Below, piece after piece: positions 38,898 to 48,740 of a stretch of 64,000 bases of DNA. A model generated the notes under the pieces. The model searched no databases and was not told the origin of the DNA. It saw only the letters and a program-made list of their open reading frames with translations. This DNA comes from Nemertoderma westbladi (lineage: Eukaryota > Animalia > Xenacoelomorpha). The stretch is from contig JAUCBJ010005101.1 in NCBI GenBank assembly GCA_032718475.1, positions 1 through 64,000 of the forward strand, given 5' to 3'. The position numbers and the translations under genes were made by a program. Position 1 is the stretch's first letter, and every line of letters starts with the position of its first letter.

Positions 38898-39849
38898 AGC
38901 TCGGCTCGGTCTTGCTCGATTGGGCACGATTAAGTTCGACTTGGCTTGATTGGCTCGGTTTGGCTCGATCAGGCTCGGCTCAGCTCAGCTCGGCTCGGCT
39001 CGGCTCGGCTCGGCTCGGCTCGGCTCGGCTCGGCTCGGCTCGGCTCGGCTCGGCTCGGCTCGGCTCGGCTCGGCTCGGCTCGGCTCGGCTCGGCTCGGCT
39101 CGGCTCGGCTCGGCTCGGCTCGGTTCGGCTCGGCTCGATTAGGCTCGGCTCAGCTCGGCTCGGCTCAGCTCGGCTTGGCTCGGCCTGGCTCGGCTTGGCT
39201 CGTCCTGGCTGGGCTCGGCTCGGCTCGGCTCTGCTCAGCTAGGCTCGGTTCGGCTCAGCTCGGCTCGGCTTAGCTCAGCTCGGCTTGGCTCGGCTCGGCT
39301 CGGCTCGGTTCGGCTCGACTCGGCTCGGCTCGGCCCGGCCCGGCTCGGCTCGGCTCGGCTCGGCTCGGCTCGGCACGGCTCGGCTCGGTTCGGCTCAGCT
39401 CGGCTCGGTTCGGCTTAGCTCAGCTCGGCTCGGCTCGGCTCGGCTCGGCTCGGCTCGGCTCGGCTCGGCTCGGCTCGGCTCGGCTTGGCTCGGCTCGGCC
39501 CGGCTCGGCTCGGCACGGCTCGGCACGGCTCGGCTCGGCTCGGCTCAGCTCGGTTCGGCTTAGCTCAGCTCGGCTCGGCTCTGCTCAGCTCGGCTCGGCT
39601 CGGCTCGGCTCGGCTCGGCTCGGCTCGGCACGGCTCGGTTCGGCTCAGCTCGGCTCGGTTCGGCTTAGCTCAGCTCGGCTTGGCTCGGCTCGGCTCGGCA
39701 CGGCTCGGCTCGGTCGGCTCGGCTCGGCTCGGCTCGGCACGGCTCGGCTCGGCTCGGCACGGCTCGGCTCGGCTCGGCACGGCTCGGCTCGGCTCGGCAC
39801 GGCTCGGCTCGGCTCGGCTCGGCTTGGCTTGGCTCGGCTTGGCTCGGTC
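38898..39849. repeat. (GGCTC)n pentanucleotide satellite, ~950 bp
   Basis: Directly visible, with GGCAC/AGCTC/GGTTC/GGCTT variants. Confidence 0.97.
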
Positions 39850-39862
39850 TGAATCGACTCCC

Positions 39863-40112
39863 TGTGCTGCTCGAAGGGCGCAAATACATATATCGAAGGG
39901 TCAAAGCAAAACTCACGTGCTGCTCGAAGGGACAAAGTCAAACAATGAGTCTATTATTTGATGTAATTCACGTGCTGCTCGAAGGGCGCAAATACATATA
40001 TCGAAGGGTCAAAGCAAAACTCACGTGCTGCTCGAAGGGACAAAGTCAAACATTGTGTCTATTATTTGATCATCTCACGTGCTGCTAGAAGGGCGCAACT
40101 ACATATATCGAA
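39863..40112. repeat. ~108-bp tandem repeat built from GTGCTGCTCGAAGGG subunits
   Basis: GTGCTGCTCGAAGGGCGCAAATACATATATCGAA at ~39864 and ~39972, degenerate at ~40079. Confidence 0.85.
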
Positions 40113-42657
40113 ACAAGCCCCTGTCTTGTATTTTAATTATATCAGAAATCGTTGCCTTCAGTACAAATATCTAAAAATTCATTCACCTGAAGTATGGGTA
40201 ACATTATAAATTCGTTTTTCGCACAGTAGAGTTAACTAAGCAAATACCCTCCAGGTTGACTGAATGATTTTATTAATGTTTGCCATGCATAATGTACTAT
40301 ATTTGGGTCCCATGACCCACCCCATTGAACAGCTTTGCTTACATCTGATAGAAAGTAATCCCAAATTAACTTCCCTCTACGAAAATTATTTTAATTAAAT
40401 ACATACAACATAGCAGTCAACTCTGCTATCAACAGTACACAATAACTAAAATGGCATTCAGCTTACCAGCTATTCGCATTAAGCTAATAGATATTCGATT
40501 TCATTGGATTCAGTGAGTGTGTGAGGGCTATTGGGAGAGCAATCAGCTTATGATGTAATACATTAGAATCCCACAGCTTTTGTTTGCTTACTGTCTGAGT
40601 TGTAGAGTGAGGATAATACTTGGCAGAGAAAGCATTTCCTTGTTAGGTGGCCATTCCTATAGAATAGCATTACTAGGCCATCTCTATGCATTTTTCATGA
40701 GTACCAGCTGGTGTTTTTATCATTGCGCCTATGGCGTTTTTTCGTTTATGTATATTTTTCGAGCCCACGGCTCATGGACAAAATAGCGGAACATTCCAGG
40801 GACCTTATAATCGCGGTATCTAGCCGCTGTGAAAATTTCATCAAAATCGTTAGAGTAGTTTTGGCTGTAGATCAGTCAGTCAGCCAGCCAGCCAGCCAGC
40901 CAGCCAGTCTCGAGCAATTCTTACAGTAATGAACCTCTCGGTTCCTAACTAGTGACGGGCCTAGCGGCCCGATAAGGAACCGACTTTTTATTTTAAATAA
41001 AAGAGACAACGAGAATTAGTATAGAACTAATAATTATGTAAAAATACAATCATATTTCATACAATAATTATTAATAAATTTGATCTATTATTAGTTGTTC
41101 AATTCTAGAACAAAATGGACCTGCAACTAGTGAAGACCTCGTTTTGGAATTTCGAAACCACGCTGGTGCGATGCGCGACACCGTGTTTAGTTAATAAATC
41201 GAAAACTCCATCAATTCATGTGCAACCATAGTAATAAGAAATCGCGATAAATGTAATTAAATATAAAAATTATTCTAGAAAAATTTTCCTCAAAAAGTAT
41301 GAAGTCTTGGCGTTGGTGACGCGAAACTAGGCTAGTGAGATTCAGGATATTGCGTTTAATATAAAAATCGAAAACGCTATCGAATTCCGTAAAGGCGTTA
41401 ATAAAATACTGCAACTTTTTTGAAATTTGTAAAATTCTAGAACTGGAAAAAATTATTTTTTGAACGGCGCTGTTTGGGGTTTGGAAACATGGATAGGCTG
41501 AAAGAGGACATCTAATTAAGTTGAAAAATGAAAACCCCATCGAATTTGGACAAAGCGTTCCGGAGTTATAGCGGATCGAAAAAAATTGACCCCCCCCCAG
41601 TCGCCAAAAATTTACAGTAATTTAAAATTTTGCAAAAAAAAATTTTTGCGTTATTTTTGATGGCGAATCGATTGGCAGTACTGGCTACGAAAAATTTTTT
41701 TTTGAAATTTTTGGTCAGAAAAAAAAACATGGAAAAAGTATATTTTTAAAAAGATTTGATGTCTTTGCCTATAGTCAGAGAATGATCCAACTCTGTACTT
41801 GGCAATCGCTCAAATCCATTCAGCTGAATGGCACAGTAGAGTAAACTAAAGTAAATTCCCTATACAATGTTCTGAAGGGGTGACTGACAGAGAGTAATCC
41901 AACAATAAAACATTTTGCAATAATGTTGGCATTAATGTAGCCAACTCACTGTGTACGTAACAGTCATTCAGCTTACATTAGCAGAGTGAGATATTCCCAT
42001 AGATTGCATTGGGAAGAGTAATTCAGCTGAGGCGATATTAGATTTCAAACTAAACCAACCAGTTAATAATGTTTGCTTTGACAGAGAGTGGTGGCCTATA
42101 CAAACAGTATGGGTGTACTGAGTATAATAATCTTGGCAACCTCATCGATTTATTACTAAGCCTTCTGTAGAAATGCATTACATAAGCCATTTTTCATCAC
42201 GACACCAGCTGTCATGGGTGTTATTTTACCATTGCGCCTATGGCGTTTTTTCGTTTATGTCTATTTTTCGAGCCCACGGCTCATGGACGAAATAGCGGAA
42301 CATACCAGGGACCTTAGAATCGCGGTATCTAGCCGCTGTGAAAATTTCATCAAAATCGTTAGAGTAGTTTTGGCTGTAGATTAGTCAGTCAGTCAGTCAG
42401 TCAGTCAGTCAGTCAGTCAGTCAGTCAGTCAGCCAGCCAGTCTCGAGCAATTCTTACAGTAATGAACCTCTCGGTTCCTAATTACAATAATTATTATTAA
42501 TGTTAATGCATATGGCGAAATATTTCATACGAAATAAAGTTTTAAAAAATGTAAATACTAATTTAATTTATAAATAATGTACGGTATGTTAAAATATATA
42601 TTAAATATTAAAAATACGATTGTATTAATATTGAAATAATTTTCAATTTCCTTCTAG

Positions 42658-42942
42658 TACCATGGGCTGGCTCATTTACCTCACCATGTCACACCAACTA
42701 CATCAGAGATGTTTCTCTAATGAAACAGAACGACATTGGCAATTATAGAAAATGCATGGCAGAATGTGACATTGCTAGTCAATGTGCAGCTGCTGTGTGG
42801 GCCTGGGATGATGAAGGTCTGACAGCAAAATTATGTCTGTTCGAAAATCCTGAATATTCTGACACAAAACTAAGCAACATCATTGATACATATGGGGATA
42901 ATGTTGCATTCTTTGACAAGGTGGACAATATCGAATTTCAAT
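42658..42942 (+). CDS. Exon 2 (PAN/apple-like domain 2)
   Basis: Acceptor TTTCCTTCTAG; phase 1 matches exon 1; in frame with ORF 42720; CMAECDIASQCAAAVW...LCLF; donor T/GTAAGT. Confidence 0.8.
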
Positions 42943-43044
42943 GTAAGTTGGTTTTACCAATTATTATTATTCCTTTTATATCAAATGTTTTCATAATTAG
43001 ATTCGTAATTGTTAATTAAATTGTATATTTTATTTATTACCCAG

Positions 43045-43179
43045 GCCCAGTAGAGGATCCCTGCCTTGTTTGCCCAACCGGTCGCGGTATAGAATACAGC
43101 TGTAAGATAACAAGAGGACTAGTTACCGACTGCTGTGCTGATGGATACGTTCCTGATGAAAGCGATGGTTCTTGTAATG
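43045..43179 (+). CDS. Exon 3 (EGF-like cysteine-rich module)
   Basis: Acceptor TTACCCAG; CPVEDPCLVCPTGRGIEYSCKITRGLVTDCCADGYVPDESDGSCN; phase-1 donor G/GTTAGA. Confidence 0.75.
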
Positions 43180-43462
43180 GTTAGAGGAATATTATTATCA
43201 CTTACTTTTTCATGAATTTAGAATGTGAGGAAAGGTTGTCTGGGTTGGTCCTTAAGGATAAAATATATTATAAGTGGTTTGAAACCAATGATGATAATGG
43301 CAAAGACCAGTAGTGTGAGAGAGAAGTGTGCAGGTTAATAAAAATCTGCTGCAAAATCGATCGACTGTTCGAAAATAGGTTGGTGGTAAATTTATACAGA
43401 TATAAGTTTAAAAGTTTATACGTTAGTTCTTAAATACTATTTTGTAATTTGTATATTTACAG

Positions 43463-43473
43463 ACTCAGCATGA
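43463..43473 (+). CDS. Probable terminal coding exon (DSA-stop)
   Basis: Acceptor ATATTTACAG; phase 1 gives GAC TCA GCA TGA; total CDS 699 nt. Confidence 0.5.
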
Positions 43474-44684
43474 CTTTATAGTACAGACTCCATATGACCC
43501 TATGGTCGAAATTTGTTACCAAGTTACAAACTATCTAAATTAAATGCGAAAATATCATTTTGGGATGCGGGTGTGTAATAAGAATCATGTGTTAAGTAGG
43601 TGCTAATTATATATTAACATTGTGTTTGACCTTTAGACATCAGCAGTCGATTACTGTTCGCGCTTTTAGACCTTTAGCAGTTTAACCTGCCAATTTTAGG
43701 TGTCTTTTGTATATTAATTATTTAATGTACTGAAGGTACATCAGCCGAAGCCAGCCTGTGCGCGACCATTCACCCACAGTTAAGGGAGACTGGATTCGGA
43801 TGCTTTGATAGTGATTGCAGTGTAGACCTACTGTATTATTCGATTGATCGTTAATATATAATCTCTGACAATATATTTACTTTCGGGGAAATATTAACAG
43901 TTCCTTTAGGACGTGGCGCTTTAAGTATAAAACAGAGTTATGACTTATACTAATCACAACTGGATGGCTACTGAGTTTCGTAAAAGGCGCATTCTTTAGG
44001 AGATGCTTTATTAACCTTCACACTACTTCACACGGCTTCACACTAGTTCACACTACTGCGCACTGATCTGCCGACCGTCACTGAATTTGATCATATATAA
44101 GGAGGATCGCAACTGACACATGTAGGGATTATGAAATAGCATTCAATTCACACAAAACCACTATAATGTAAGTCGCAGTTGCTACCGGTAAACCTGTTCC
44201 TCTAACCTTTAGTAATCAAAGAGATTGAGGGTTTTATGATTATTCATCGGTATTCTCCAAATATATCAGCAATATATACCAACATAACACAGTAACACCA
44301 ATTAATAACAGAATCAAATAATGCGGTGAACAGTCAGTATGTGTAGTTGAATCGCGTTGCGTGATGCCGCGATGTGGCAGTGTGCTGCGTGTTAATAGTT
44401 TTACGTTCCTTTGATCAAAGCCATCTGATGTTTCTGAGGTTTAGGTCAAAGTCTGAAACTTCCACAGAAGTACAGAAGAATCCTAAGCCGGTGTTCTGGG
44501 CTTAGAAAGATACACACTGACTGAATTGCATGAGTTCCTATAGGCACTGTCCAACATAAAATGAAAATCGCTCTGATTGGTCGAGCGAGCCGAACAAAGA
44601 AAGCCAAAAAGCTCCACATCGACATATCAGCTGATAGATGTCGTCATCTGAACTACACTGTATGAAGAGTATTTTGGCGCATTG

Positions 44685-44845
44685 CGGCATAAAATGGCTT
44701 GTTATGTCCGCTAAAGTACACATACAGAAAAATGGCTTTTTATGTCCACTAAAACACCTACACAGTAAGAAAACGGCTTTTTGTGTCCGCTAAAACACCT
44801 ACAGAGTACTTTGCGGGAAAAATGACTAGCTATATCCGCAAAAGC
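44685..44845. repeat. Short degenerate ~40-bp tandem repeat
   Basis: AAATGGCTT...TGTCCGCTAAA-like motif repeated 3-4 times. Confidence 0.7.
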
Positions 44846-44955
44846 CTTTACACCGCTCCCAGAAAATGGGATTTAATTCTATAAAATATAAAAAATCACA
44901 GTTTCTAAAATATAAAAATACTCTAAACAGTTAGTCCTTCTTACGCGAACGGCGT

Positions 44956-46484
44956 TTACGCAGTTTTTTTGAGGCTAGCAAGAGTCCTTTTCTCTTTGGG
45001 GTGAGCCACTTTACTAGGAGGGCTATAACTCCTGGGTGTAGGGTGCAATACAATTGCATCGGAAGGTTTAGGATGACGGTCAGTGTATCCGCCGGTCGAG
45101 GTATTCGGTTGATCGGTATCAACCTCAGTGGAACGAGGTCGAACAACCTTCAGAGCGCGTTTCAAGACAGCAACTCTTACTGGTCCCTGGAGATTCGTCT
45201 GCACAAGAGCGGTAGGTGGACCGTATGTAGTGAGAAATTTCCTCGGTTTGATGGTTCTTTCCGACTCGCGTTCTCGGGCTCTGTCGAAATCGATATGCTT
45301 CTCCTCGAGCTGATTTTCCTCCGCTTGTCGTTGGAAGCATTCGTCTAAAACTCGTTTAGAGTGTAGGGTCGTCCAAGTTCGATATCTTCTTAGAGATTCT
45401 GGATTTCTCGATCGAACTGAGATAAAGCTAATTCGTTTACCGCTTGGACTTGTTGCTGCAATTTACGTTTTTCTAAGCAATCGTAGGTTCCTTTTCCGAT
45501 CTTTTGTTGAATAGCGTCTAACGCGTTTCGTACGACGCTCTCCTCCACCTCGGTGACGGGTTGTATCGGGGTTAAACCGGGACGATTATATGGGTTGAAC
45601 GGCGATATTAGATGTCCGCGTCCCAATCCGGCTAGGTAAGATGGGTGAATATCTAGGGAGCCCACAACCGGAGTGCCACTGACTAATTGTTCGGGTAACA
45701 CTAGATCTTTGAACAGTGAGTGCAGTTCAGGAGGATCCATCATACTATTAGGATCAAGAGTCTGAGGTCTCACCAGGGAATGAGGAGGTCTGACCGAGCA
45801 TTCCGGAACTCCGATCATGGGTTTATTTAAGGATCGTTTGAGTCGAGTGAGCGTAAGTGATACATCGAACAAGTTTCGCTCGAAACTCCCGTAAATATAG
45901 CGAGTAAAACTGTGTTTAGCGCAACGTCTCCGCGGATGTTTGTCTTTCCGTTTGTTGGTTGGGTCTAGGGCATTCATCATAATAATACCAAAGACGCACG
46001 TCTTGTAGGGGAAACGCTGGTGATCTTTTCTCCAGTTTTACAACATCTCTCTCAAGAATTCCAAATATACGTTGAAGTTACTGCGTTTATCCGGTTCTTT
46101 AACGTCTTCTCTTTCGAGTTGGCTTCGAATAGAATTTTCGTGTTCGATTCTCAGTTTATTGTTCTGATTCCGCTGGGTATGATATTTAAATAGGATCATT
46201 TCCCTTTCGGTGTCGACATCGTCCGTATCATGTAAATCGATAGGATGACCAGTAGTTAAGAAGTCCATATACGTACCATTACGATGCGTATAGCGAGCGG
46301 TGAATTTTCTATAGTTCAATTCACGCGTGAGTTGTTTCTTTGACATTGGCGGTTCGATATAACGGTCATCGTCCTCCTTAGTAGGTTGACTAACATCGCC
46401 GCGTATTAAACTATCAACAAATGCTTGCAATGGTGTGGTATATCGCTCCCTGATACCAAGATCATCTTCTATCAACTCAGTCAT
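44956..46484 (-). pseudogene. Internally deleted copy of accessory ORF-X of the Bel/Pao element
   Basis: ORFs 46038-46484 and 45390-45980 match 61931-62245 and 60256-61749; continues into a C-terminal segment ending at 44956. Confidence 0.75.
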
Positions 46485-46831
46485 AGCTGCTATATGAGTT
46501 TGTCGATATTATAATTAATCATAATTAGGCTAGCGGTCGTTGCTGCCTACCCCTCAATGCCCCCGGACAGCGCAAGATCCTCAACGCTGATATACTGTCG
46601 CCACTGTGTCTATCGCCAACGTAGTAGCTGCACAACGACAACAACAACCAGCGCGAGTCACTCCACTGTCCGTCCCAAGGGCTTAGATTTACTTCAGGTT
46701 CTTACTGCAGGGTTAGGGCTACTTTCACAACTGCGACTCGCTGCTACTGTAAACACACTTTAGTAGTAACATTCACCTATAAACGCACAAATTCCACACA
46801 ACTGTCACAAATTGTACACATTCGGGCCATT

Positions 46832-47039
46832 TGTCCATTAGTCAAGTGCCTTCCAGAATGCCACGTTATTATTATGTATCTCTGGATACTAGCAGTGCGC
46901 TATTTATTCCGTATGCTATTCAATAGGGCAAGCTTTTTATTGTGGGGCGAGCCACGAAGTTGGCGGAGCCTTAGCGAATTGACACTGTTAGGGGGTGGGT
47001 CAATTTATGCAAATAGTTGTCGTCGTCGTCGTCGTCGTT

Positions 47040-47114
<75 letters not shown>

Positions 47115-48740
47115 GTCGTCGTCGTTACGATTTTGACATGCTAATAACTTTGTCGGATTTAAAGCTGCCAAGTTGAAAATTTGTAGGTATCAATATGAGC
47201 AAAAGTTTGGATTTTTGAGAGACTTTCAGACACCATCAGTGCAATGGTCTCCCACTAGAGGGCCACATGTCTAAACATTAAATGCCCTCCCATTTCTTTG
47301 CTTTTAATCCGTTTAAGCTGAAACTTGGCAGATATGTATTAGACCATTAGCTGTGACTTTCAAAGGAGGCGAATCCATCTGCAGTTCTCCAGTCTGCCGC
47401 TAGAGGGCCAACGTGACTATTTGCATAAATTGACCTACCCCCTAACAGTGTCAATTCGCTAAGGCTCTGCCAACTTCGTGCTGCGCGAAGTCCCCACTTC
47501 GTGTTCTTTTAACTCACTTCTAATTCTAGCGTGGTTGTTACTATGGTGACATTATGGAAAGCTAGCGGTAGAATTAGGGTAATTCTCATGCATACAGATC
47601 TGGGATGCTATTTAATAGTAATTCTTTAATTGTCAATATTCCTCTTTATACATGATTTTATGAATTTTATTGGCTATTGACTATATATTGAAGATTCTCG
47701 CACACTAATATACTTAATAGGGTGAATCTCCGCTCCCATGATCTATTAATTAATGGAATTTTGGGAATGTTGTAAATTGTATAAAAATGACAATTTATCA
47801 AATTCATTAAAAGAGATGAATTTAAATTTATTCCCATAAATTTTATTATATAATGTTGGAATAAGCACAATTTTATTCCAGAGCATGTCTGGGGACTGGG
47901 ATCCTTGATTCTAGGGAATTTGTCCTTTTAAGAGTATCGGTAAGTGCTACGATATCTTAATCGACTAGAATTTTAAAGGATCTAAAATTTAACAGATTTT
48001 AATTTATAGATTTTCTAGAGTTAACTTGTAAGTATTTACTCTATTGTATTTGTTTGACAGATTTTATAAATATTAATAGTTAATATTTAAGATGGGCACC
48101 GGTTTATTCCAGAACATGTCTGGGGACGTTAACCATTGATTCTAGAATTTTGTCTTTCAAGTATATCGGTGGGTGCCGCGATATCTTAATCGACTAGAAT
48201 TACAGATGGTCAAAGGGTTTAACAGATTGATTTTGCGTTTTACGCTACTGTTAAAGGGACATCACGCTACTATATGTATTATTTAATATACTGTATGAGA
48301 GCAATATTGCAAGAAGCAATGTCAGTGAGAAGAGGCAAGTCGTTTCCAAGGTCTACCCAGAGCTTGGTTTAGCCGAGACACGAGGATCTGAACTTTGCAT
48401 TCCTAATACTCTACTTACCAATAATACTTTAATATAGTAGGAGCTTTATTGTACTTTAATAAGTACGGACATTTCATCTTACTGTAGTCACGTATTTATA
48501 ATATGATACGGACAGTAAGGAAAGAGAAAAGAATTATTTCTCGCCGTCGCACTAAATATATAATATAATATAAGTAAGTAAGTAATAAACACTAATATAT
48601 ATTGCACTAATCTACTAAATAATCTCTAAAATAACATTCTACTAAATAAAATTAAAGAAAATGATTATAATAAAATTACATAATAATACATACATAAATA
48701 TAAAATAATAAAAACAAATATAAAATAATATAGTCACACA
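46832..48740 (-). repeat. Putative LTR (about 1.35 kb after removing a 561-bp insertion)
   Basis: Begins TG after purine-rich GGAGTGGG; AATAAA at 46908-46903; ends ACA, then AA, then TGGCCCGAATGTG (PBS candidate); direct repeat of 62590-63937. Confidence 0.55.
46943..47503 (+). mobile_element. HINE/Helentron-like or MITE insertion with (CGT)n microsatellite and ~65-bp inverted repeats
   Basis: Absent from the paralogous site at ~62700; IR ~46953-47017 vs ~47417-47480; terminal hairpin CGAAGT-CCCC-ACTTCG; T-rich site. Confidence 0.75.

Larger units (their letters stand above)
26511..42481 (-). mobile_element. Head-to-tail array of 11 non-autonomous Helentron/Helitron-like (HINE/DINE-like) units, 1.1-2.1 kb each
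   Basis: Unit boundaries (CTAG) at 26511, 27605, 29112, 30213, 31693, 33176, 34672, 36154, 37629, 38835, 40949. Minus strand: 5' subTIR+IR hairpin, (GACT/GGCT)n microsatellite, 3' subTIR, GC hairpin, CTAG; A|T flanks, no TSD. Confidence 0.8.

Noticed and set aside
38946-39961. SARLG/AEPSR repeat proteins
   Set aside because: Translations of the (GGCTC)n satellite, open in several frames.
27867-41540. Recurrent MGFSFFNLIRCPL and MCRNPL ORFs as a gene family
   Set aside because: By-products of the tandem non-coding units; variable starts and frameshifts, no domain.
26511-42481. CRISPR-like array
   Set aside because: Units are over 1 kb and homologous along their length; no unique short spacers or cas genes; eukaryotic context.
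46874-47176. Poly-Arg and poly-Asp ORFs
   Set aside because: Translations of the (CGT)n microsatellite inside an insertion.
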